Positions 34,150-42,024 are shown, counted from the stretch's first letter. The stretch is 48,865 nt of DNA from Thermoanaerobaculia bacterium (GCA_046260175.1 JBHEPS010000005.1:8636-57500); one strand, 5' to 3'. Notes: generated by a model from the sequence alone, not told the origin. Numbers and translations are program-made.

Positions 34150-34440
34150 GGGCTAGGGGCCAGGGGCCAGGGGCTAGGGGCTAGGGGCTAGGAAAGGCAA
34201 AACCAACCCCCGTCATCCTGAGAGGCTGTGAAACCGTGACGTCGCGCCACTGGTGAGCGCGAGCGAGGGATCTCCAGATACGAAGATCGTGTTGAGCCGG
34301 CGACTGGCAAGGGCCGCGATCCTGCCATTTTGAGACCTTCACTCGCGCACACGGCCACCGTGAAATCGAGCCCTCCGCGCGGCGCTCGCTCAGGCCGTTG
34401 CTCTTCCCTGGCCCCTGACCCCTAGTCCCTAGCCCCTGCC
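34139..34440. repeat. Nested palindromic repeat element, copy E2 (longer, with an internal inverted duplication of the core)
   Basis: The left array is CTAGGGG x3, CCAGGGG x2, CTAGGGG x2, CTAGG (34139-34192). The degenerate right array is CTGGCCC CTGACCC CTAGTCC CTAGCCC CTGCC (34408-34440). GTCATCCTGAG lies at 34212-34222. The core box at 34321-34368 is about 85 percent identical to E1 30139-30186. An inverted partial copy lies at 34247-34274. Confidence 0.9.
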
Positions 34441-34441
34441 T

Positions 34442-35221
34442 TTAATCCGTGAGCGGCCCGTCGGCGCGGCCCTCCACGAACTGCCGGACGATCGGGTTGG
34501 TGCTCTTCTCGAACTCCTCGGGGGGGCCCTGTTCGATGATCCGTCCGTCGTGGATCATCGCCACCTTGTCGGCGATCTTGAACGCCACTTTCAGGTCGTG
34601 CGTAATCGTGATCGCCGTCGCGCCGAGCTTGTCGTCCATTTCGATGATCAGGTCGGCCACCACGTCGCTCATCACCGGATCGAGTCCCGTCGTCGGCTCG
34701 TCGAAGAGCAGAATCTCCGGCGCGAGGGAGTACGCCCGGGCGAACCCGACCCTGCGCCGCATTCCGCCCGAGAGCTCCGAGGGGCGCTTGTCCGACACGC
34801 CGTAGAGGTTCACTTGCTCCAGACATTCCTCGACCCGCGCCTCGATCTCCTTCTCGGTCATCTTCGTGTGCCGCCGCAATGGGAACGCGACGTTCTCGAA
34901 GACGGACATCGAATCGAAGAGAGCGCCCTCCTGGAAGCTCATCCCGAAGCGGCGACGCATCACGTTCAACTCGCGCGGCCGCATGTGACAGACGTCTTCG
35001 CCATCGACAAGGACGTGGCCCCGATCCGGGCACATCAGTCCGATGATGTTCTTGAGCGTCACGCTCTTGCCCGTTCCCGAGCCCCCGACGATTACGACCG
35101 ACTCTCCCTGGTGAATGTCGAGCGAAAGCCCCTTCAGGACCTGAATCGGTCCGAAGGACTTGTGGAGGTCCATCAGCCGGAGCAGGATCGTTTCCTGGTA
35201 GTGCGGAGTCCGCTGGACCAT
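34442..35221 (-). CDS. mlaF: ABC transporter ATP-binding protein, MlaF/Mkl-like
   Basis: The motifs are Walker A GGSGTGKS, signature LSGGMRRRV and Walker B ILLFDEPTTGLD. There is an ATGA overlap with the upstream permease gene. Confidence 0.85.
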   Translation of the reverse strand: MVQRTPHYQETILLRLMDLHKSFGPIQVLKGLSLDIHQGESVVIVGGSGTGKSVTLKNIIGLMCPDRGHVLVDGEDVCHMRPRELNVMRRRFGMSFQEGALFDSMSVFENVAFPLRRHTKMTEKEIEARVEECLEQVNLYGVSDKRPSELSGGMRRRVGFARAYSLAPEILLFDEPTTGLDPVMSDVVADLIIEMDDKLGATAITITHDLKVAFKIADKVAMIHDGRIIEQGPPEEFEKSTNPIVRQFVEGRADGPLTD

Positions 35222-36000
35222 CAGAAAAGCACTTTCGTGAGGAAGAAATCGCTGAGCAGGATCAGAAGCGAGCCGGTGACCACGGCCGAGGTGGTCGCGC
35301 GGCCGACGCCCTCGGCGCCGCCCGTGGTGTAGTACCCCTTCAGGCAGCCCGTCAGCGTCAGGATCAGGCCGAAAACGGCGGCTTTCACCAGACCGCTCCA
35401 GATGTCCTTCAGATCGAGAAACATCCAGGTGTTCTGGTCATACACGAGCGAATTCGCACCCAGGAGCTTCACCGCGACCAGGTAACCGCCGCCGATTCCG
35501 ATCGCGTCGCCGAGCAGCGTGAGGAAAGGGAGCATCACGATGCCGGCTATCACGCGGGGGACGAAGAGGTAGTGGACCGGATCCGTCGCGAGCGCCTCGA
35601 GCGCGTCGAGCTGCTCGGTGACCCGCATCGTGCCGATCTCGGCCGCCATCGACGATCCGACGCGGCCCGCCACCATGAGACCGACCAGAACGGGCGAAAG
35701 CTCCCGCACCATCGCCAGGGAGACGACACTCGCCACGAAGTTCTCCGCGTGGACGCGCCGAAATCCTTCGAAGGTCTGCAGCGCCATGACCATCCCCGTG
35801 AACATCGTCGTCAGCGCGACGACCGGGATGGAGTCGATGCCGAGACGAACCATCTGGCGGAGCCATTCCCGAATCTCGAAAGGCGGCCGGAAAGTCCAGA
35901 CGAATGTCCGCTGGAGCATCTGGAACCATCGCCCGGTCTCCTCGAACAGCCTGAAGAAGAGATCGCCGAATGGCTCGAATATGCGGGTGAGAGTGTGCAT
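35221..36000 (-). CDS. mlaE: ABC transporter permease, MlaE-like
   Basis: The ATG at 36000 gives MHTLTRIFEPFGDLFFRLFEETGRWFQ... The product is 259 aa. The typical MlaE pattern is EQLDALEALATDPVHYLFVPRVIAG. Confidence 0.85.
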   Translation of the reverse strand: MHTLTRIFEPFGDLFFRLFEETGRWFQMLQRTFVWTFRPPFEIREWLRQMVRLGIDSIPVVALTTMFTGMVMALQTFEGFRRVHAENFVASVVSLAMVRELSPVLVGLMVAGRVGSSMAAEIGTMRVTEQLDALEALATDPVHYLFVPRVIAGIVMLPFLTLLGDAIGIGGGYLVAVKLLGANSLVYDQNTWMFLDLKDIWSGLVKAAVFGLILTLTGCLKGYYTTGGAEGVGRATTSAVVTGSLLILLSDFFLTKVLF

Positions 36001-36051
36001 GCGGCCGGCGCGATTGTACCGTGTGAAAGGGCGGTCTGCTGAACGCAGCGA

Positions 36052-36087
36052 GGGACTAGTTTGTCCTATACGTCCTATCGGTCCTAT
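36052..36087. repeat. Short degenerate tandem repeat: one GGGACTAG unit, then GTCCTAT x3 with a 9-nt period
   Basis: GGGACTAG lies at 36052-36059. GTCCTAT lies at 36063-36069, 36072-36078 and 36081-36087. All are in the alr-mlaE intergenic spacer. Confidence 0.6.
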
Positions 36088-36126
36088 CTCTCCCTGGGGA
36101 TTCCGGGCTCTGGAGAGCCCGCCCAC

Positions 36127-37278
36127 TCAGGCGGGCGCCACGGTCCTCCGCCCCGATTCGATCCAGACCCGCGGCACTCGTCGTCCAACCCCGCAGAGAA
36201 TCTCGTAGGAGATCGTGTTCAGGAGGACCGCGAGCTCCTCCGCAGGAATCTCCTGCTCCCCCTGACGTCCGAGCAGGACGACTTCGTCCCCCGTGTGAGC
36301 GTCGGGGATCTCCGTGACGTCGACCGTCACCAGATCCATCGATACTCTCCCCACCACGGGCGCCCGCATCCCGCGGACGAGCACTTCGGCCCGGTTCGAT
36401 AAGTTGCGGCTGTAGCCGTCGGCATACCCCACCGGCAGCGTTGCGATCCGGCTCTCGCGAGGGGCTCTCCACGTACAGCCGTAACCGATCGGGGCCCCCG
36501 CGGGCACCCTCTTCAGTCTGGCGATTCGGGTCGTCCAGCGCATCAGAGGCGAGAGCCGCGCCCCCCCCGTGTCCAGAGGCTCAGCCCCGTAGAGGATGAT
36601 TCCCGCCCGTACCCAATCGCCCGGTTTCACGAGCCCCCGCGCAATCGCCGCGCTGTTGGCAACGTGGTGGAGCGGCGCCTCGACTCCCTGGTCGCGGAGC
36701 CTGGCGAGCATCGACTCGAATCGCTCGGTCTGGCGTTGCGTGTAGGAGTCGGCCGGGGCGGACGCATTCGCGAAGTGCGTGTAAATCCCTGCGACGCGAA
36801 CGCCGGGTAACTGCCCGAGAGTCGCGGCGGCCCCGTCCAGGTCCTCCGGAAGAAAGCCCATCCTTCCCATGCCGCTGTCGAGCTTGAGGTGGATCTCTCC
36901 CTGCCAGGAGCTCGCGCGGGCGCGAGCTGCAAAGACGGCCAGTTCCTCCGGACCGATCATGCCGGGGAGAAATCCCCGTTCGAAGCAGCGGTCGAACTGG
37001 GGCGCCGTCAACGGACCGAGAATCATAATCGGAGCGCGAATCCCCGCGTCGGCAAGCGCCTCCGCTTCTTCGATAAGAGCCACCGCGAAGCCCGAGACCC
37101 GATCCTCGCACCGGAGAGCCAGCGGCACCGCTCCATGACCGTAGGCTTCGGCCTTCACGACGGCGATCATCTTCGAAGCGTGCGGAAGCATCGCCCTGAC
37201 CGCATCGACGTTGCGATCGAACGCCTCGAGATCGATCTCGGCGAAGGTGGGGCGCAGATGGTTCTCGTCAGGGACCAT
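36127..37278 (-). CDS. alr: Alanine racemase
   Basis: The PLP-lysine motif is MIAVVKAEAYGHGAV. The C-terminal motif is PIGYGCTW...VGYADGY. The ATG at 37278 gives a typical N-terminus (RPTFAEIDLEAFDRNV). The longer listed ORF adds an Arg/Ser-rich extension. Confidence 0.9.
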   Translation of the reverse strand: MVPDENHLRPTFAEIDLEAFDRNVDAVRAMLPHASKMIAVVKAEAYGHGAVPLALRCEDRVSGFAVALIEEAEALADAGIRAPIMILGPLTAPQFDRCFERGFLPGMIGPEELAVFAARARASSWQGEIHLKLDSGMGRMGFLPEDLDGAAATLGQLPGVRVAGIYTHFANASAPADSYTQRQTERFESMLARLRDQGVEAPLHHVANSAAIARGLVKPGDWVRAGIILYGAEPLDTGGARLSPLMRWTTRIARLKRVPAGAPIGYGCTWRAPRESRIATLPVGYADGYSRNLSNRAEVLVRGMRAPVVGRVSMDLVTVDVTEIPDAHTGDEVVLLGRQGEQEIPAEELAVLLNTISYEILCGVGRRVPRVWIESGRRTVAPA

Positions 37279-37969
37279 AGAGATGGAGATTCTGCCCCTG
37301 GATCGGGCGGGAACGCTCGGAAGAAAGGAAGAGAATCGCCTCGGCGACCTCATCGGTCGTCATCACGGGAACTGCATCGGGGGCGGCGGCTCGCAGCATC
37401 TCGGTATCGACCGACCCGGGGCTGAGTGCGTTCACGCGCACACCGCGCGGGCCGACCTCGGCAGCCAGTGCCTCTGCAAAACCGATGACGGCCGCTTTCG
37501 AGGCCGCGTAGGGGACAAGGCCCGGAAATTTGCTCGAGCCCGAGACTCCGGAGATCGAAGCGACGAGGACGATCGCTCCGCGGCCTCGCTCGAGCATCGC
37601 CGGCAACACGCGACGAACCGGGCGGAACACCGCGTGAAGGTTCGCCGCGATCGACGCCTCCCACTGCGCATCGCTCGTTTCGACGATCGGCCGGGGATCG
37701 ACCAGACCGGGGGAGGTGAGAAGGATCTCGGCAGGGCCGAAGCGCGCCTCGAGCGCCGCGACGCACCGCTCGACGTCTTCCGAGCGAGAAGCGTCCCCGG
37801 GAAGCACGAGCGCGCGATCACTCCCCGCGGCGAGCTCGCGCAGGGCCCCCTCCCGCCGGGCCATCGCTCCGACCCGCGCGCCGGCAGCGAGAAATCTCTC
37901 GGCGGCCCGCCGCCCGATGCCGCTCGAGGCGCCGACGATCAGGATGGTTTTTCCCTCGAACTCATTCAT
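37268..37969 (-). CDS. SDR-family oxidoreductase
   Basis: The motifs are KTILIVGASSGIGRRAAERF (TGxxxGxG type) and YAASKAAV (YxxxK). The product is 233 aa. Confidence 0.85.
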   Translation of the reverse strand: MNEFEGKTILIVGASSGIGRRAAERFLAAGARVGAMARREGALRELAAGSDRALVLPGDASRSEDVERCVAALEARFGPAEILLTSPGLVDPRPIVETSDAQWEASIAANLHAVFRPVRRVLPAMLERGRGAIVLVASISGVSGSSKFPGLVPYAASKAAVIGFAEALAAEVGPRGVRVNALSPGSVDTEMLRAAAPDAVPVMTTDEVAEAILFLSSERSRPIQGQNLHLYGP

Positions 37970-38145
37970 CCGGCGATTCTACCGCCCTGAAGGTCGGCCA
38001 CGCTTTCCCGATCTCCACCAATCGTAGACCCGGACCCGGGACGCAGCCGCCCGGTTCCTGCCGACTACAAGATGCTGGGGTCCGGGCAGTCTCTCCGCAC
38101 CAGAGCTCTACGATCGGCCGGGGGCGGGACTAGAATGGCTCCCCC

Positions 38146-39174
38146 ATGAAGATCCGGAAGATGCTCGAGCAGCTCGAAGAACAGACCATGGTCCCGCAGG
38201 CGGCGAGGAGCGCGGAAACGCGCGGACGGGACGTGCGGGAGCGGGAAGACGACATTCGCCCCTCGTACCAGCGCGACCGCGACCGGATCATCCACAGCAA
38301 GGCGTTCCGCAGACTGAAGCACAAGACGCAGGTGTTCCTGGCTCCCGAGGGGGATCATTACCGCACGCGGCTGACGCATGTTCTGGAAGTGACTCAGATC
38401 GCGCGAACGATCGCGAAGGCGCTGCGGCTCAACGAGGTGCTGACCGAAGCGATCGGGCTCGGACACGATCTCGGGCACAGCCCGTTCGGCCACGCGGGAG
38501 AAGCGGCGCTGAACAAACTCGTCCGCGGCGGGTTCAACCACTACCGGCAGTCCGTCCGCGTGGTGGAGAAGCTGGAGAACGACGGACGGGGCTTGAATCT
38601 CACGATCGAAGTCAGGGACGGGATCCTGAAGCATTCGAAAGGGGAGAAGGGCGAACTGTTGAGACGGCGCCCGAAAGCGAGGGCGCTGACGCTCGAGGGT
38701 GACATCGTGCGAATCTCGGACATCATCGCTTACGTCAACCACGACATCGACGACGGCATCCGAGCGGGATTGCTCAGAGAACGGGATCTCCCGAAGGGAG
38801 TCAGAAAAGTTCTCGGGCAGAAGCCGAACGCGCGGATTGCGACGATGGTGAAGGACGTCATCGACGCGACGCTGGCCACCGATTACGAACAGATCTCGAT
38901 GACGCCCGAGGTTTATGGCGCACTCGAGGATCTGCGGACATTCATGTTCGAGAACATGTATCTGACGCCCGCAGTCCGCGATGAGTTCGAAAAAGCACAG
39001 GCGATGCTGACGGCCCTTTTCGAGCACGTCCACTCGCATCCCGAAAAATACCTCGACATGGAGTCGGGAGAGCCGGTGGACCGCCTCACGCTGGACTTCA
39101 TCGCGGGGATGACGGATCGATACGCGATCGGACTGTACGAGAAGGTGTTCGTACCGCGGCCCTGGCTCGCGTAA
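38146..39174 (+). CDS. dgt: dGTP triphosphohydrolase-like HD-domain protein
   Basis: The motifs are [40 protein letters not shown] and [16 protein letters not shown]. The product is 342 aa. Confidence 0.88.
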   Translation: MKIRKMLEQLEEQTMVPQAARSAETRGRDVREREDDIRPSYQRDRDRIIHSKAFRRLKHKTQVFLAPEGDHYRTRLTHVLEVTQIARTIAKALRLNEVLTEAIGLGHDLGHSPFGHAGEAALNKLVRGGFNHYRQSVRVVEKLENDGRGLNLTIEVRDGILKHSKGEKGELLRRRPKARALTLEGDIVRISDIIAYVNHDIDDGIRAGLLRERDLPKGVRKVLGQKPNARIATMVKDVIDATLATDYEQISMTPEVYGALEDLRTFMFENMYLTPAVRDEFEKAQAMLTALFEHVHSHPEKYLDMESGEPVDRLTLDFIAGMTDRYAIGLYEKVFVPRPWLA

Positions 39175-39193
39175 CGGCTGATGACCCTTGTGC

Positions 39194-39278
39194 GCCGTCA
39201 TCCTGAGGGAGCGCCGCGCATCCGTATCGACCGGCGACACCGGTGAGCGCGACCGAAGGATCTCAGAATGGCAGGATG
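39194..39278 (+). repeat. Solo core copy (E3) of the palindromic element family, lacking heptamer arrays
   Basis: The sequence is CCGTCATCCTGAGGGAGCGCCGCGC...GGTGAGCGCGACCGAAGGATCTCAGAATGGCAGGAT. It aligns with the reverse complement of the E1 and E2 cores. Confidence 0.75.
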
Positions 39279-39290
39279 CCCCATCACTTC

Positions 39291-39323
39291 AAAAAAAAGA
39301 CGCTCTCGATAACGAGAGCGTCT
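39291..39323 (-). terminator. Intrinsic terminator of hup
   Basis: The minus strand reads AGACGCUCUCG-UUAU-CGAGAGCGUCU (11-bp stem) followed by the U-run encoded by the A8 tract at 39291-39298; the first U of that run is also the last stem base. It lies about 25 nt downstream of the hup stop. Confidence 0.85.
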
Positions 39324-39348
39324 CTTTCTGCCGAGAAAAAACTTTGAA

Positions 39349-39645
39349 TTACTTGCGGCCGCGCTTCTTGGTGTTGAGGGAAGTCTTGAGATCCTTCCCG
39401 GCCTTGAAACGAACGTTGCGGCTGGCCGGAATCTGAATGGTCTCGTTGGTTCGCGGGTTGCGGCCGGTGCGGGCCTTGCGCTCACTCACGGTGAAGCTTC
39501 CAAGCCCCGGGACGGAACAACGCTCGCCGCTCTGGCATGTCTCGGCGATGTATTCGACGAACGCGTCATAGGCAGCGGTGGCCTCTTTTTTCGAGATTCC
39601 CGCCTGCTCCGCGATCGCGCTGACGAGGTCAGCTTTTCCTGCCAT
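39349..39645 (-). CDS. hup: HU-family DNA-binding protein
   Basis: The ATG at 39645 is preceded by AGGAGG. The product is MAGKADLVSAIAEQAGISKKEATAAYDAFVEYI...GLGSFTVSERKARTGRNPRTNETIQIPASRNVRFKAGKDLK. Confidence 0.93.
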   Translation of the reverse strand: MAGKADLVSAIAEQAGISKKEATAAYDAFVEYIAETCQSGERCSVPGLGSFTVSERKARTGRNPRTNETIQIPASRNVRFKAGKDLKTSLNTKKRGRK

Positions 39646-39694
39646 AAAACATCCTCCTGATGAAACGATGAAGTGTCGTGCGGACTCGAGGAGC

Positions 39695-39723
39695 AATCTA
39701 AGAGAACGAGTGGTGATTGTCAA
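39695..39723 (-). promoter_or_regulatory. Sigma-70-type promoter of hup
   Basis: The minus strand reads TTGACA-(17 nt)-TAGATT. The -35 element is at 39723-39718 and the -10 element at 39700-39695, about 50 nt upstream of the hup ATG. Confidence 0.6.
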
Positions 39724-39726
39724 CGA

Positions 39727-39742
39727 GAAATCCGCAGATTTC
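39727..39742. promoter_or_regulatory. Perfect palindrome GAAATC-N4-GATTTC abutting the hup -35 element (candidate operator)
   Basis: GAAATCCGCAGATTTC was read directly. It lies 3 nt upstream of the -35 hexamer and is flanked by an A/T-rich stretch. Confidence 0.3.
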
Positions 39743-39823
39743 CGCGATTTTATGCGGTTTTGAGAGCGATTCAGCACTCGCGCCGACGCGTTCGGTTTCG
39801 GACCCTTTTCGGTCCTCTCGGAC

Positions 39824-41107
39824 TCAATTCACCCGGGTCAGAAGGGTCACCGTGAACCCATCAGTTCCATACTCCGGAGTGAGCGAGAGCTCGCTCTCTT
39901 CGACGGCCGGCCGGAGCATGGGAGGAACTCTCTCGATCAACGGACCGCGTACGAAGTCGCGGTTCGTTTCGAGAAACCTGGCGACGACCTCCCGATTCTC
40001 CTCCGGCTCGAGTGAACAGGTGGAGTAGAGGATCTCGCTTCCGGCGATCGAGGCCGACGCACTGAGCATCGCGAGCTGCGCTTCTGCGTAACGAGTCAGG
40101 TCCGCCTCTCCCGTTCGCCAGCGCGCTTCCGGATTTTTCCTCAGTGTGCCCGTCGCGCTGCAGGGGGCGTCGAGCAGCACAGCGTCAAAACGCACCCTGA
40201 AGGGAACTTGCGTCGCGTCGGCCACGACGATGGGCGGCGGCTGATTCAGAAACCGTCTCGCGGCAGCGCGCAGTGTCATCAGTCGTGCGATCGAGACGTC
40301 GCACGCCGTCACGCGGCATTTCCTCATCCCCAGGACGATCGTTTTCCCCCCAGGCGCCGCCGCCAGATCCGCAACCGAAGATCCCTCGTGGATGAGGTGA
40401 GCAACCAGAACGCTCCCCTCGTCCATTGCGTGGAACAGCCCCTTTCCGATTTCTTCGGCGACCGGAACCGTCGACGTGCGAAGTCGAAGCACCGGAATTC
40501 CGAACGGTGACCGGATGTGCTCGATCCCCTTCGACTCGAGCAGCAACTCGGCGTCGTCGAGCGAGATCCGCTCGGTATTCACGAGCAGGTCCGGCCATGA
40601 CGCCTCCTGGTCGGCCTCGGCGATCTTCGTGGCGCGATCGGCGCCGAAGTGGGTGATCCACCTTCGGAGCAGCCACTCGGGATGTCCCGTCCGCACCGAG
40701 ATCGATCGCGGCGAGTCATCCTCCGGCAGAAGCGACTCGAGCGGCGTTCGGCTCGCGGTGCGGAGCACCCCGTTCACGAACCCTTTCGCCCTGGGGAAAC
40801 GCCTCGCTGCGATTCCGGCTGCTTCGTTGACCACCGCATAGGCGGGAGACCTCATCTCGTAAAGCTCGTAGAGCGCCGTTCTGAGAAGCGTCGATACGTC
40901 CGGGTCGAGCGATTCGACGTTCCTCTTCGCCAGCTTCTCGATCAGGTAGTCGAGCTTGCTCCGATTCCGCAGCGCTCCGAGAACGACCGTGCGAAGAAAC
41001 CCACGCTCGCGCTCATCCCCAACCTCAGCCTCGATGGCGAAGTCCGCGCGCGCCTCGGTTCGCTCGATCCGCCTGAGCGCGAGCCACGCTTTCTCACGCT
41101 CGTTCAT
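39824..41107 (-). CDS. rsmB: 16S rRNA (cytosine967-C5)-methyltransferase RsmB/Sun
   Basis: The ATG at 41107 forms an ATGA overlap with the fmt stop. The N-terminus is NusB-like. The SAM and catalytic motifs are DLAAAPGGKT, DAVLLDAPCSATGTLRKNPE and ILYSTCSLEPEENREV. Confidence 0.88.
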   Translation of the reverse strand: MNEREKAWLALRRIERTEARADFAIEAEVGDERERGFLRTVVLGALRNRSKLDYLIEKLAKRNVESLDPDVSTLLRTALYELYEMRSPAYAVVNEAAGIAARRFPRAKGFVNGVLRTASRTPLESLLPEDDSPRSISVRTGHPEWLLRRWITHFGADRATKIAEADQEASWPDLLVNTERISLDDAELLLESKGIEHIRSPFGIPVLRLRTSTVPVAEEIGKGLFHAMDEGSVLVAHLIHEGSSVADLAAAPGGKTIVLGMRKCRVTACDVSIARLMTLRAAARRFLNQPPPIVVADATQVPFRVRFDAVLLDAPCSATGTLRKNPEARWRTGEADLTRYAEAQLAMLSASASIAGSEILYSTCSLEPEENREVVARFLETNRDFVRGPLIERVPPMLRPAVEESELSLTPEYGTDGFTVTLLTRVN

Positions 41108-42024
41108 GAAAGCGCATCTCCGGGGCCGATTCCGAACCCACGCAGCACGTCCGCCCCGTGCGCCGGCCGCTTGCCGGGTCGCTGCAGAAGCCGGAGCCGG
41201 AGTGCCCCTTCTCCGCACCCCACCATCGCATCCTCGCCGGCCCGAAGCAGGATCCCGGGCTCCCCCCGCTCGTCGACCGGGGCGATCTCCGTGAGCTTCA
41301 CGATCTCGCCCCGAAGCTCCGCGTAAAGGCCCGGCCAGGGATCGAAAGCTCGAAACCGGTCGTAAAGCGTTCTCGCGGACGCCTTCCAGTCGACACGCCC
41401 CTCGCCTTTCTCGATCTTCGCCGCATGAGTCGCGGCCGCGTGGTCCTGCGGCGTTTCCACCGCGGTCCCCGCTTCGATCCGGTCGAGTTGCTCCACGAGA
41501 ATGCGCCCACCCGCCCCGGCGAGCCGCGCGGCGACCGAAGGTGCCCTCTCGTCAGGCCCGATGGCCACCTCGGCCTTCGCGAACATCGGCCCGTGATCGA
41601 GCTCCTCGTCGATCCGCATGATCGTGACACCCGTCATCCGCTCCCCGCTTTCGATCGCACGCTGGATCGGCGCCGCACCCCGGTACTTCGGCAGCAGCGA
41701 CGCGTGAACATTGATGAAACCGCGCGGAGGGATCTCCAGAAGAGCCGCCGGAAGAATCTTCCCGTATGCGACGACCACCGCCAGCTCGCACCCGCTCGCG
41801 CGAATCGTCTCGAGCATCTCCTCGTTGCGAATGCGAGGCGGCTGAACCAGCGGAATCCCCAGTTCGATTGCCAGTTCCGCGACGGGCGGCTTCCGAAGCT
41901 TCATCCCACGACCCGCGGGACGATCGGGTTGGGCCACCACGAGAACAACTTCGTGCGTCGATTCGAGAATCGCCTTCAGGGATGGGACAGCGAACTCGGG
42001 CGTTCCAAAGAATGCGACTTTCAC
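41104..42024 (-). CDS. fmt: Methionyl-tRNA formyltransferase
   Basis: The motifs are VKVAFFGTPEFAVPSL..., NVHASLLPKYRGAAPIQRAI and TGVTIM. I prefer the GTG at 42024 because it gives the canonical N-terminus. The listed ATG at 42099 adds 25 Gly/Pro/Arg-rich residues. Confidence 0.88.
   Translation of the reverse strand: MKVAFFGTPEFAVPSLKAILESTHEVVLVVAQPDRPAGRGMKLRKPPVAELAIELGIPLVQPPRIRNEEMLETIRASGCELAVVVAYGKILPAALLEIPPRGFINVHASLLPKYRGAAPIQRAIESGERMTGVTIMRIDEELDHGPMFAKAEVAIGPDERAPSVAARLAGAGGRILVEQLDRIEAGTAVETPQDHAAATHAAKIEKGEGRVDWKASARTLYDRFRAFDPWPGLYAELRGEIVKLTEIAPVDERGEPGILLRAGEDAMVGCGEGALRLRLLQRPGKRPAHGADVLRGFGIGPGDALS

Noticed and set aside
36061-36402. A 113-aa plus-strand ORF starting in the alr-mlaE spacer (MSYTSYRSYLSL...).
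   Set aside because: Its N-terminus is merely the translation of the GTCCTAT 9-nt repeat. The remainder is antisense to alr with an Arg/Pro-rich composition.
39657-39666. CUGAUGAAAC, which resembles a hammerhead ribozyme core.
   Set aside because: There is no stem II or stem III context. The sequence is simply the complement of the hup Shine-Dalgarno and start region.
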